Below, in pieces: positions 48,740 to 60,662 of a stretch of DNA of 64,000 bases (position 1 is its first letter; the number at the start of each line of letters is the position of its first letter). A model generated the notes under the pieces. It ran no database searches. It saw nothing but the letters and a program-made list of their open reading frames with translations, and was not told the origin of the DNA. Location of the stretch: contig JAPPAR010000011.1 in NCBI GenBank assembly GCA_026705445.1, positions 145,776 to 209,775 of the forward strand, given 5' to 3'. Origin of the DNA: Candidatus Dadabacteria bacterium. GTDB lineage: Bacteria > Desulfobacterota_D > UBA1144 > Nemesobacterales > Nemesobacteraceae. A program made the translations under genes and the position numbers.

Positions 48740-50017
48740 ATGGAATACGTACAGCATTTATCAGTAGAAAAATTCATTCTTTATCTTCTGATAATCCTTG
48801 TTTTCGCCAAGGCCTTCGGCCGGCTGGCAGAAAAAATCGGGCAGCCCTCGGTTCTCGGGGAGCTTCTGGCCGGAGTTGTTCTCAGCGCAAGCGTTCTGGC
48901 GCTTGTTCCGTCCACCGAAGGGATGGTCGGATACGACATATTTCACCTGCTTGCGGAAATAGGGGTCGTTCTTCTTCTTTTCGAAATAGGCCTTGAAACC
49001 AGACTTGCTGACCTCATAAAAGTGGGGCCGGTCTCGGCGCTCGTAGCGGTAGTCGGGGTGGTTCTGCCTTTTGCGCTGGGGTATTTCTGCGTAATTTATT
49101 TCCAGAAGTTCGCGATACTCAATCTTGAAGCCAACATGGTCGGGCTTGTGGCCATAGTAATGGGTGCAACGCTCACCGCCACGAGCGTCGGAATCACGGC
49201 CAGGGTTCTGGCTGACCTTGACAGGCTCCAGACAAAAGAGGCCAGAATAGTTCTTACCGCCGCCATAATCGACGACGTCATCGGGCTTATTATTCTCGGG
49301 GTCGTAAGCGGCATAGCGAGTTCTTTTCAATCGGGAGGCGGAACAGAGCAGTTGACCCTCTCTTCGATCTCATTTATAACAGCTAAGGCCTTCGGTTTTC
49401 TCGCCGTTTCCATAGTTGTCGGCAGGATTGTCGCTCCCAGGATTTTCGGGTTTTTCGCCCGGATCGACAGAAGCAATCTCGTCTGGATCATGGCGATAGC
49501 CTTCTGCTTTGTCTATGCGTACTGTTCAAATCTTTTTTCTCTCGCTCCCATAGTGGGGGCGTTCGCGGCCGGTCTGGTTCTTCGCGAAACGGAGCAGTTC
49601 AAGACTATTGAGGCGAGCATAAAGCCCGTTTCTCACTTTTTCGCCCCGATATTTTTCGTGATGGTAGGGGCGGCCGTGGATGTTTCTGTATTTAACCCCT
49701 TTGTATCTGAAAATATTATGGTAATATCAATCGCTTTAATTCTTTTCGCGGTGGCGGTTATAGGTAAGTACGCGAGCGGTTACGTAGTCTATGAAAAAGG
49801 CGTAAGAAAAAGCATAATTGGCATCGGAATGATCCCGCGAGGCGAGGTCGGGCTTATTTTCGCGAAGATCGGTCTTGCGTACGGCGTTTTCAAAACCGAT
49901 CTTTTCTCCGCCGTCACTGCTATGGTCATACTGACAACATTTATAGTGCCCCCGCTTTTAAAATGGATGTTTGAAAGGGAGGACAAGGAGCGCAAGCTGG
50001 CCGAAAGTGCGGTCTAG
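48740..50017 (+). CDS. monovalent cation:proton antiporter (Na+/H+ exchanger family)
   Basis: At 425 aa it is a multi-TM protein. LGELLAGVVL...GLE and the overall pattern fit CPA-type exchangers. Confidence 0.8.
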   Translation: MEYVQHLSVEKFILYLLIILVFAKAFGRLAEKIGQPSVLGELLAGVVLSASVLALVPSTEGMVGYDIFHLLAEIGVVLLLFEIGLETRLADLIKVGPVSALVAVVGVVLPFALGYFCVIYFQKFAILNLEANMVGLVAIVMGATLTATSVGITARVLADLDRLQTKEARIVLTAAIIDDVIGLIILGVVSGIASSFQSGGGTEQLTLSSISFITAKAFGFLAVSIVVGRIVAPRIFGFFARIDRSNLVWIMAIAFCFVYAYCSNLFSLAPIVGAFAAGLVLRETEQFKTIEASIKPVSHFFAPIFFVMVGAAVDVSVFNPFVSENIMVISIALILFAVAVIGKYASGYVVYEKGVRKSIIGIGMIPRGEVGLIFAKIGLAYGVFKTDLFSAVTAMVILTTFIVPPLLKWMFEREDKERKLAESAV

Positions 50018-50043
50018 CGAATAACCTTGAAGCTAGGTTAATC

Positions 50044-50553
50044 ATGAGATTCTACGGTCTTAGGACATTTCTGCATGCTGCGATTTTTGCCTTGGCGCTC
50101 ACTCCCTCGGCAAATGCCGCCGAGAACATGCTGAGCGTCGATAAGACGCTTGTGGTTCAGCTTGTTATTTTCCTGGTAGGACTTTTTCTGCTGAACCGCC
50201 TCGTGTTCCGCCCGCTTATCGGGGTCTGGGACAGGAGGGAGGAACTAACCGCGGGCACGATCAGAAAAGCCGAGGAAATGACCCGCAAGGCCGAGGGTGC
50301 CATCGCCGAGTACAACGAGAAAATTGCCGAGGCTAGGGCCCAGGCCACCGAGACAAGAAACGAACTCCGCCAGCAGGGACAGGGCGAATCTTCAAGGATG
50401 CTTCTTTCGGCGAGAGAAGCCGCCCAGGCGGACCTTGAGGGCGCGAGAGGGACTCTTGAGAGTGAGGTCACAAAGATAAGGGCGGACCTTGAGAGCGAGG
50501 TAGAGTCGCTTGCGGCGGAGATAAGTGACCGTGTCCTGAGGAAGGGGGTGTAG
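50044..50553 (+). CDS. F0F1 ATP synthase subunit b'
   Basis: It is a b-type subunit with a signal/anchor helix followed by a long Ala/Glu/Arg-rich helix. It is the first gene of the atp cluster. Confidence 0.65.
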   Translation: MRFYGLRTFLHAAIFALALTPSANAAENMLSVDKTLVVQLVIFLVGLFLLNRLVFRPLIGVWDRREELTAGTIRKAEEMTRKAEGAIAEYNEKIAEARAQATETRNELRQQGQGESSRMLLSAREAAQADLEGARGTLESEVTKIRADLESEVESLAAEISDRVLRKGV

Positions 50554-50598
50554 TGCTGATGGCTGCTGCGGATTTTAATTTTCCGGGGGAAACCGAGA

Positions 50599-51108
50599 TT
50601 GGATAGTCATTTCAACTGGGCGTTTGTAATAAAATACGCTGTTAATCTGGGTCTTCTTCTGGCCCTTCTCATATACCTTATCAGAAAACCTTTCCTGTCT
50701 TTTCTCAAAAACAGGAAGGAAAGGCTCCGCTCGGAGGTTGACCGCGCCGCGGCGGCGGCCGAGCAGGCAAAAATGACGCTTGAGCAATACTCGGCGAAAC
50801 TTGACGCGGTAGCCTCGGAAATAGCTTCTCTTCAGGAAAACATAAGAAAACAGGGTGAGAATGAAAGGGACGAGCTTGTCTCCGCGGCGGAGAAAAGCTG
50901 CGAGATGATAAAAAAAGAGGTTGAGGACACGATTCGTCTTGAGACCACCAAGGCGGTCTCAGAGATACAGTCCGAAGTGGTCTCTTCGGCGCTTGCGCTT
51001 GCCGAGGAGATGATAAAGGAACGGGTGGACGCGGATTTTACGACCGATTCGGTCGACGATTTCGTAAAAATGATTGAGGAAGGAAAATGGCAACAGTTGC
51101 GACACTGA
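50599..51108 (+). CDS. atpF: F0F1 ATP synthase subunit b
   Basis: It is a b-type subunit with an N-terminal TM helix and a long charged helix. Confidence 0.7.
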   Translation: MDSHFNWAFVIKYAVNLGLLLALLIYLIRKPFLSFLKNRKERLRSEVDRAAAAAEQAKMTLEQYSAKLDAVASEIASLQENIRKQGENERDELVSAAEKSCEMIKKEVEDTIRLETTKAVSEIQSEVVSSALALAEEMIKERVDADFTTDSVDDFVKMIEEGKWQQLRH

Positions 51109-51629
51109 GAGATCTCGTCTCGGCGCTTGTGGATTCCGCGGCAGATGAAAGTGAACTTTCGGGGGTAAGATCCGATATGGAGAGTTTCTTTGAGCGGGTT
51201 GCCGATTCGGGCGAGCTTCGGGATGTTCTTTTAAGCGCGGTGTTTTCGATGGAGGAGAAAAAGTCGGTCCTTGGGGATTTTCTCGAGGCGGCGTCTTCTC
51301 TTGAAATTACGAGAAGATTTCTTCTGCTGGTTGTGGAGATGGAGAAGGTCGCGGCGCTTCTTGGCTCAAGGGAAGCCGTGCTCGCGAGACTTGACGAAGC
51401 GGTTGGAAAAATAACGGCTGAAATTACCTCGGCCAGAGATCTTAGCCAAAACGACGTCGAGAGGCTCAGCGCGGCGCTTCGTGCGGCGACCGGAAAAACG
51501 GTTGAGGTGTCGCTTAAGGTTGATCCTTCCATGATAGGCGGAATAAAAGCCCAGGTGGGTGACAAGGTTTACGATAACAGCGTCAGGACGCAGCTTGAGA
51601 GAATAAGAGGCGTTCTTTCTCCGTCCTGA
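51087..51629 (+). CDS. atpH: F0F1 ATP synthase subunit delta (OSCP)
   Basis: It has OSCP family length and pattern and sits between b and alpha. Confidence 0.8.
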   Translation: MATVATLRDLVSALVDSAADESELSGVRSDMESFFERVADSGELRDVLLSAVFSMEEKKSVLGDFLEAASSLEITRRFLLLVVEMEKVAALLGSREAVLARLDEAVGKITAEITSARDLSQNDVERLSAALRAATGKTVEVSLKVDPSMIGGIKAQVGDKVYDNSVRTQLERIRGVLSPS

Positions 51630-51655
51630 CCCGAATAATTCCAAAGGAGCTAGTA

Positions 51656-53173
51656 ATGCAGGAACTAAGAGCAGAGAGTATAGGCGAGATTCTGAGAAAC
51701 AGGATAAAGGGCTATGAACGGAAAGTTGATACCGAAGAAGTCGGGACGGTTATTTCCGTCGGCGACGGTATCGCTAGGGTTTACGGTCTTGATCAGGCGG
51801 TAGCGGGAGAGCTCGTCGAGTTTGACGGCGGAATCACCGGACTTGTTCTTAACCTTGAAGAGGATAATGTCGGTGTCGCTCTTTTCGGAGAGGATTCCCA
51901 CCTGAGCGAAGGAGGAATGGTAAAGCGAACGGGACGCATCGCCGAGGTGCCTGTCGGAGACGCTCTCGGCGGAAGGGTGGTCGATGCTCTCGGAAGACCG
52001 ATTGACGGTCTCGGAGAAATAGCCGCCGCTGAAACAAGGCAGATCGAGGTGAAGGCCCCCGGAGTTATTTACCGCCAGTCGGTAAACGAGCCCCTTCAGA
52101 CGGGACTTAAGGCCGTTGATTCCATGATACCGATAGGAAGAGGCCAGAGAGAACTTATTCTGGGAGACCGTCAGGTCGGAAAGACCGCTATCGCGATCGA
52201 TACGATAATAAACCAAAAAGAAGAGAATGTTCACTGCATATACGTTGCCGTAGGACAGAAACAGTCAACCGTGGCCCAGGTAGTCGATAAGCTCAAGGAG
52301 CACGACGCCATGAAGTACACGACAATAGTTTCCGCCACGGCCAGCACCCCGGCTCCTTTTCAGTTCCTTGCTCCTTTTTCCGGCTGTGCCATGGGGGAAT
52401 ATTTCAGAGACACCGGCCGACACGCGCTCATAATATACGATGATCTGACGAAACACGCGTGGTCCTACCGCCAGCTTTCTCTTCTTCTAAAGAGACCGCC
52501 GGGACGCGAGGCTTACCCTGGAGATGTTTTCTATCTTCACTCAAGGCTCCTTGAGCGCGCCGCCAAAATGAGAGACGAGGACGGAGGCGGCTCCCTTACG
52601 GCGCTTCCTATAATCGAAACCCAGGCTGGTGACGTGTCCGCCTACATTCCCACGAACGTGATTTCCATCACCGACGGGCAGATATACCTTGAGAGCGATC
52701 TTTTCTACTCGGGTGTGCGACCCGCCATTAACGTCGGTCTTTCGGTTTCAAGGGTGGGAGGGAGCGCTCAGATAAAGGCGATGAAAAACATCGCCGGAAC
52801 ACTGAGGCTTGAGCTTGCCCAGTACAGGGAAGTCGAGGCGTTTGCGCAGTTCGCTTCCGACCTTGACAGGGTAACACAGAACCAGCTTGCCCGCGGAAGC
52901 AGGCTTGTCGAGGCCCTCAAACAGGATCAGTACGAACCACAGGCGGTTGAAAAGCAGATCCTGATCATATTTGCAGTTACAAACGGCTATGTTGACGACT
53001 ATCCGGTATCCGCAGTGAGAAAATACGAGAGGGAGCTTTCTTCTTTCATGGAATCGAAGTATCCTCAGTATCTTGCGGAGATAAAAGAGAAGAAAGTTGT
53101 TTCGGACGAACTTGAGGAAAAGCTCGCAGCAGCGCTTGACGAGCTTAAAAACCAGTTGGGCGAGCTTGCCTGA
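51656..53173 (+). CDS. atpA: F0F1 ATP synthase subunit alpha
   Basis: The P-loop is GDRQVGKT. Typical alpha-subunit signatures are present. Confidence 0.95.
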   Translation: MQELRAESIGEILRNRIKGYERKVDTEEVGTVISVGDGIARVYGLDQAVAGELVEFDGGITGLVLNLEEDNVGVALFGEDSHLSEGGMVKRTGRIAEVPVGDALGGRVVDALGRPIDGLGEIAAAETRQIEVKAPGVIYRQSVNEPLQTGLKAVDSMIPIGRGQRELILGDRQVGKTAIAIDTIINQKEENVHCIYVAVGQKQSTVAQVVDKLKEHDAMKYTTIVSATASTPAPFQFLAPFSGCAMGEYFRDTGRHALIIYDDLTKHAWSYRQLSLLLKRPPGREAYPGDVFYLHSRLLERAAKMRDEDGGGSLTALPIIETQAGDVSAYIPTNVISITDGQIYLESDLFYSGVRPAINVGLSVSRVGGSAQIKAMKNIAGTLRLELAQYREVEAFAQFASDLDRVTQNQLARGSRLVEALKQDQYEPQAVEKQILIIFAVTNGYVDDYPVSAVRKYERELSSFMESKYPQYLAEIKEKKVVSDELEEKLAAALDELKNQLGELA

Positions 53174-53193
53174 TATAGCAGCGGGAAAGGATA

Positions 53194-55553
<2,360 letters not shown>

Positions 55554-55568
55554 CGGGAGATCTGAAAA

Positions 55569-55970
55569 TTGGCTGAAAAACTGCGACTCAAAATAATAAC
55601 CCCCGAGAGGCTCGTGTTTGACGGCGAGGTCGAGGAACTGGTAGCCCCCGGCCAGATGGGGGAATTCGGTGTTTTGCCGGGTCACGTGCCTTTTCTTTCT
55701 GTGCTTTTTCCGGGGAGACTCAGGTTCAAAACCGAGGAGTCGGGAGAAAGCACTCTCATAATCCATGGTGGCCTCGCGGACGTAAAGGATGACACCATCA
55801 GTATTCTTACCGACCAGCCGGAGAATCCCGAAGAGGTTGACGTCGCGGCCGCCAGAAAAGACGCCGAGGTCTTTCAGAAGGAAATTGATGAGCTTCAGGA
55901 CACAGAAGCTTCGGAAAGAGAGGAGCTTGATAGGAAGCTCAGGATAGCACGCGCTCGAACTGGAGAATAA
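55569..55970 (+). CDS. atpC: F0F1 ATP synthase subunit epsilon
   Basis: Length and pattern fit the epsilon subunit. It is the last gene of the cluster. Confidence 0.85.
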   Translation: MAEKLRLKIITPERLVFDGEVEELVAPGQMGEFGVLPGHVPFLSVLFPGRLRFKTEESGESTLIIHGGLADVKDDTISILTDQPENPEEVDVAAARKDAEVFQKEIDELQDTEASEREELDRKLRIARARTGE

Positions 55971-56009
55971 CCTTTCTTTGGAACTTGCCTTAACTGCGCT
56001 AACAGCGGT

Positions 56010-58487
56010 CTAGCTGCACTTTGAGAACCCGCATCCCCTACAGGTAACACAGCCGGATTCAAATGCAAGAGCCTTGCTTCCGCAGTCCGGGCACTGCTCA
56101 AGCATAAGATCCGTTGAAACCTTCTGGGTGCCGCCGTTTGCCTCCGCGACAGGATTGGCTTCGTCGCTGGCTTTCTCTTTTGTTACGAAGTGGCTTCTCA
56201 GCACCTTCGCTATGGCGTCGGGGACGGACATTATGACCCTTCCCCCTGAAAAAACTGGCGAGGAACCTCCAATGGCCTCCAGCTGTTCCACGACATCTCT
56301 GACATCGACCCCAGACCTCAGAGACAGAGATATCAGCCTTCCAGTTGCCTCGGCATCCGCCATCGTGGTAAATCCAGATTTTCCAATCTGGACAAAAACT
56401 TCAAACGGCTTGCCTTCGTAACTGTTGACAGTCACGTAGAGATTCCCGTACCCAGTTTTTATCGCCTCGGTAAAACCTTCCAAGACTGTTGGTCTCGTGA
56501 CAGGTTTTACCGCTTCTTTTTGAGTGGGATGAGGGGATGGTGTGAGGTTGGAGTGGGTGGTTGACATCCCTTCATCCCGGGGTGGAGAGTTTGTTTTGTC
56601 TTTCGCTTGTTCTTCCGTTATCAGTATTCCTTCCCTGGAACCTTCCCTGTAGACGGTTACTCCCTTGCAGCCGAGTTTCCAGGAGAGGAAATATATCTTC
56701 TCGACCTCTTCGAGGCTTATGTCCCTGGGGAGATTAACGGTGCTTGATATGCATGAATCTATGTGCTTCTGAATAGCGGCCTGCATGCGGACCCGCTGTT
56801 CCGGCTTTATCTCATGTGAGGTAACGAACGTATCCGGAAGGTCTGCCTCGTCATCCAGCCCGAATTTCTCCATGTACTCAGATACCAGAGGGTGGTAGAC
56901 CTTGAATTCCTCTTCCGACAGGGATTCTGAGCGCCTGAGATAGGACAGGGCGAACATGGGCTCAACACCGCTTGTGGTTCCCGCGAGAACCGAGCCGCTT
57001 CCGACGGGCGGAACCGTGAGTATGCACGCGTTTCTGAGGCCCTGCTTCTTTATTTTGTTCATCACGTTATCGCGCATGGTTTTTACGAACGGATTCGCGA
57101 TATGGGTTTCCAGGTCAAACACGGGAAAGGTGCCCTTCTCATTGGCAAGGTCTGAGCTGGCTTCATAGACTATGTTCTTTATATGCTCAAAAAGCTCGTC
57201 AGTGAATTTTATGCCTTCAGCCGTGTCGTATTTTATGTTGAGCTTGGCAAGCATGTCCCCCAGGCCGGTGAATCCGACCCCTATTCTCCTCGACCTCGAA
57301 GACGCTTTTGTCTGGAAGCTCAGGGGATGCTTTTCAATGTTGTAATCCAGTATGTCGTCAAGGAACCTGACGCTGTATTGAAAAGCCTTTTCAAGCTCTT
57401 CCCATTCTATTGCGGCGGTTTCTTCGAAAGCGTTTTTGACGAACATGGAGAGATTCACGTTCCCGAGGCAACAGTTGCCGTAGTCCTCAAGCGCCTGCTC
57501 GCTGCAGGGGTTCACGCCATTTACTTCCATGTTGGCGTATTCGGTCGGGGAATATCTTTTAACTGTGTCCCAGAATATAAGTCCAGGCTCGGCCGAGGAC
57601 CATGCTGACTGAACGAGCTTGTCCCATATCTTGCGGGCCCGCACGGTTCTTTTTATTTCGGTTTTCTCGTTTGAGAAGCTGAGTTCGTAGTCAGTGTCTT
57701 TTTCCACGGCTTCCATGAACTTGTCATCAACCTTCACCGAGATATTGGCAAACTGTACCTTTGATCTTGCCTCATCGTTCTTTATGTCGAGGAAGTCCAT
57801 TATGTCGGGGTGATCGACTTTCATGGTTATCATGAGGGCCCCTCTTCTTCCCGCCTGTCCTATGGTTCCGGTAGTTGTGGAGAGAAGATCCATGAACGAT
57901 ACCGCTCCCGTTGAGTATATGGCCGAATTGTTCACCGGCGAGCCTTTCGGTCTCAGGATAGATATATCGGTTCCGACTCCTCCGCCGAAAGAGTAAGTCC
58001 TGGCGGCCTCCTTGCACCACTCGAATATTCCCTCTATGGAATCTTCCTTTATCGGCATGTAGTAGCAGTTAAGGAGTGTGGCCCTTCTGTTCTGGCCGGC
58101 ACCGAACAGTATTCTCCCGCCGGGTATGAACTTGAAATCGGAGAGGAGCCAGTAGAAGTTTTCCTCCCACTGCTTTCTCAGTTCCTTTTTTTCCTCGGGG
58201 GACGCTATTTCCCTGGCCACCCTTCGCCACATCTGCTCCGGAGTTTTCTCTGTTATTTCTCCTTTTTCGTTGCGAAGAGCGTATTTCTCGTAGAAAACGC
58301 GCGCCCTGAGTGTGTCTCCGCCGAAGGCGTCGATGGTTTTCGCGGGAATTTCTATGGTGTCGCTTGGAGCTTTGACATGCTCCAGAGAGGGTTCCTGAGT
58401 CTGGGTTTCTTGTTCATCGACGGCTGCAGTTTTAAGATCGGATGTTCCATTCGCAACGATTTCAGGGTGGTTTTTATCTCCAGGCAC
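56010..58487 (-). CDS. nrdJ: adenosylcobalamin-dependent class II ribonucleotide reductase
   Basis: RNR core signatures are present (...IPGGRILFGAG..., NPCSEQAL..., active-site Cys region). The C-terminal CPDCGS...CVTCRGCG zinc ribbon is typical of NrdJ. Confidence 0.9.
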   Translation of the reverse strand: MPGDKNHPEIVANGTSDLKTAAVDEQETQTQEPSLEHVKAPSDTIEIPAKTIDAFGGDTLRARVFYEKYALRNEKGEITEKTPEQMWRRVAREIASPEEKKELRKQWEENFYWLLSDFKFIPGGRILFGAGQNRRATLLNCYYMPIKEDSIEGIFEWCKEAARTYSFGGGVGTDISILRPKGSPVNNSAIYSTGAVSFMDLLSTTTGTIGQAGRRGALMITMKVDHPDIMDFLDIKNDEARSKVQFANISVKVDDKFMEAVEKDTDYELSFSNEKTEIKRTVRARKIWDKLVQSAWSSAEPGLIFWDTVKRYSPTEYANMEVNGVNPCSEQALEDYGNCCLGNVNLSMFVKNAFEETAAIEWEELEKAFQYSVRFLDDILDYNIEKHPLSFQTKASSRSRRIGVGFTGLGDMLAKLNIKYDTAEGIKFTDELFEHIKNIVYEASSDLANEKGTFPVFDLETHIANPFVKTMRDNVMNKIKKQGLRNACILTVPPVGSGSVLAGTTSGVEPMFALSYLRRSESLSEEEFKVYHPLVSEYMEKFGLDDEADLPDTFVTSHEIKPEQRVRMQAAIQKHIDSCISSTVNLPRDISLEEVEKIYFLSWKLGCKGVTVYREGSREGILITEEQAKDKTNSPPRDEGMSTTHSNLTPSPHPTQKEAVKPVTRPTVLEGFTEAIKTGYGNLYVTVNSYEGKPFEVFVQIGKSGFTTMADAEATGRLISLSLRSGVDVRDVVEQLEAIGGSSPVFSGGRVIMSVPDAIAKVLRSHFVTKEKASDEANPVAEANGGTQKVSTDLMLEQCPDCGSKALAFESGCVTCRGCGFSKCS

Positions 58488-58534
58488 ACTTTCCTCCTTT
58501 TCTGTTCCTTATAAACACTTCCTTCCGGTCTATG

Positions 58535-58591
58535 CACAAGATGTATTGCTTATCTTGTGCGTGGATTTTATTTAAACACAATATATTGATA
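58535..58591. promoter_or_regulatory. two palindromic operator-like sites upstream of nrdJ, possibly NrdR boxes
   Basis: CACAAGAT-N9-ATCTTGTG is a perfect 8-bp inverted repeat at 58535-58559. ACACAATATATTGATA at 58576-58591 resembles the NrdR box consensus acaCaAtATaTtGtgt. Confidence 0.35.
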
Positions 58592-58807
58592 CTTGTCAAG
58601 GAACTATTTTGTTTTCGTTAAGATAAAATTAAAAGGGTTTTTGCAAAGAGAGATCATCGGACCCTGAAATTCAAGTGAGATCAGGTGCTTGCCTCTTCAC
58701 CCTGAAAGTTTTTCGGCAGCTATGAAACGATAAAATTTTTCTTCACAAGTGCGGAGGGGAAGATTCAGGGTCGGATGGTACGGCTCTTGTGAGAGCCCTG
58801 TTTCCCT

Positions 58808-59464
58808 GTGTTATACTCTCAGGATATGAGAAAGGAAGAAGTTTTTGCCGCGGGGGGAACCGAAGCAGTCTCCGAGGTGCTGGATTTCTGGTTCGGCGAG
58901 CTGCGCGAGGGAGAGCTGCCGGATAAAGAGAAGCAGATGACCTGGTGGGCGAAATCGGAGGAGTTCGACGATCTCGTAAGGCGGAGGTTCGAGAAATATG
59001 TCCTGTTTGCCGAAAAAGGAGAACTTTCCCGCTGGCTCGAAACCCCCTTGGGCACAGTGGCGTTTATAGTCGTCGTCGATCAGTTTCCAAGGAACATCTA
59101 CCGCGACACACCGGGAGCGTTTTCAACGGACTCGCTGGCTCTTCGCGCCTGTCTTCGGGGCATTGAGAAGGGATTTGACAGGGACCTTCACCCGGCGCAC
59201 AGGACGTTTTTCTACCTGCCGCTTATGCACTCGGAGGACCTTGAGATCCAGGAGATGAGTGTTCTTAAGTACTCCGCTCTTGAAAACGAGTATGCCTCGC
59301 ACCCCCAAATCAAGGAAACCCTTGCCTGTTCAACGGATTTTGCGGGACGGCACTCTGACATAATAAAGAAATTCGGAAGATATCCCCACAGAAACGCGGC
59401 TTTGGGAAGAGAATCCACCCCGGAAGAAACCGAGTTTCTAAAAGAGCCTGGAAGCTCTTTCTGA
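58808..59464 (+). CDS. DUF924-family protein
   Basis: The pattern is ...VLDFWFG...QFPRNIYR... Confidence 0.65.
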   Translation: MLYSQDMRKEEVFAAGGTEAVSEVLDFWFGELREGELPDKEKQMTWWAKSEEFDDLVRRRFEKYVLFAEKGELSRWLETPLGTVAFIVVVDQFPRNIYRDTPGAFSTDSLALRACLRGIEKGFDRDLHPAHRTFFYLPLMHSEDLEIQEMSVLKYSALENEYASHPQIKETLACSTDFAGRHSDIIKKFGRYPHRNAALGRESTPEETEFLKEPGSSF

Positions 59465-59569
59465 ATTCTTTCCACTGACTTTTTTTGTTGTTTAAGGTTA
59501 TTCAAGCGGGTATTTATATGATGGCCGTAGCGCAGGGCGGGCGTATTTTGTATCAGGGAGAACGTTTGA

Positions 59570-60661
59570 TTGAACATCGAGGAAATATTTAGCCGGACTT
59601 ACTTGGGCAATCCCACCGAATCGTGGCTCTGGGCTCTGGGGGCGGCGATTGTTTTAGCCTTAGTTTTTAACTTCATTCTGAAAAGGTTCGTAAGGGGGTT
59701 TGCCAATCTTGCCGAGAAGACCGAGACAGATCTCGACGATCTGGTTTCAACACTCTTAGGAAAAACCAGCATAGTGCTGATCATAATTTTTTCGGTCTAC
59801 GTGGCTACCTTCTTCCTTGACCTCACCCAGCAGGTAAGGGAATTCCGGAAAAGCGTGGTGATTATCTGTCTTCTCCTTCAGATCGGTTTATGGGGAGGAG
59901 GTTTCATCGACTACTACGTAGCGAAAAAGCTCTCGAAAATCGGCTCCGGTTCCGGCGCCTCCATAACGCACATAAGGAGTCTGGGTTTTTTCGCAAAATC
60001 GGTCCTCTGGATAATTCTCGTAATTCTAACGATCGACAACCTAGGTTTTGATCCGACTACGATAATCGCCGGGCTCGGCGTGGGCGGTATAGCAGTGGCG
60101 CTTGCTCTCCAGAATGTTCTGGGCGACCTGATAGCTTCGCTTTCCATTATTTTTGACAAGCCTTTTGAAGTCGGGGATTTCATAGTAGTAGACGATATAA
60201 GGGGGGATGTCGAGCACATAGGGCTTAAGACCACGCGCCTCAGGAGTCTTTCCGGCGAGCAGCTTGTTTTATCGAATAACGACCTGCTTCAAAGCCGCAT
60301 AAAAAACTACAAGAGGATGGATTCCCGCAGGATTAATTTTTCTCTGGGCGTGATTTACGAGACATCCTACGATAACGTTGAGAGAATCCCCGGGCTGATA
60401 AAAGATATAATAGAGTCGGAAGAGAAAGCGAGGTTCGTCAGAGCGCATTTCAGCAGTTACGGTGATTTTTCCCTTAACTACGACATAGTCTACTTTGTTC
60501 TTAGTCCTTTATTTGATGATTATATGGATATACAGCAGAGGATTAATCTGAAGATATTCAAAAAGTTCTCCGATGAGGGAATAGAGTTTGCCTATCCCAC
60601 ACGCAAGATCTTTCTTGATTCGGTAGAAACTGCGTCGACCGGCGCAGGGGCGGGAGACTGA
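59570..60661 (+). CDS. mechanosensitive ion channel (MscS family)
   Basis: It has TM helices. FEVGDFIVVDDIRGDVEHIGLKTTRLRS is the MscS beta-domain signature. Confidence 0.8.
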   Translation: MNIEEIFSRTYLGNPTESWLWALGAAIVLALVFNFILKRFVRGFANLAEKTETDLDDLVSTLLGKTSIVLIIIFSVYVATFFLDLTQQVREFRKSVVIICLLLQIGLWGGGFIDYYVAKKLSKIGSGSGASITHIRSLGFFAKSVLWIILVILTIDNLGFDPTTIIAGLGVGGIAVALALQNVLGDLIASLSIIFDKPFEVGDFIVVDDIRGDVEHIGLKTTRLRSLSGEQLVLSNNDLLQSRIKNYKRMDSRRINFSLGVIYETSYDNVERIPGLIKDIIESEEKARFVRAHFSSYGDFSLNYDIVYFVLSPLFDDYMDIQQRINLKIFKKFSDEGIEFAYPTRKIFLDSVETASTGAGAGD

Positions 60662-60662
60662 A

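Noticed and set aside
40128-48740. Integrase, transposase, or flanking direct repeats delimiting the defence island
   Set aside because: No ORF with recombinase or transposase signatures is present. Only trivial 7-mers are shared between the two junctions, so the insertion mechanism remains unknown.
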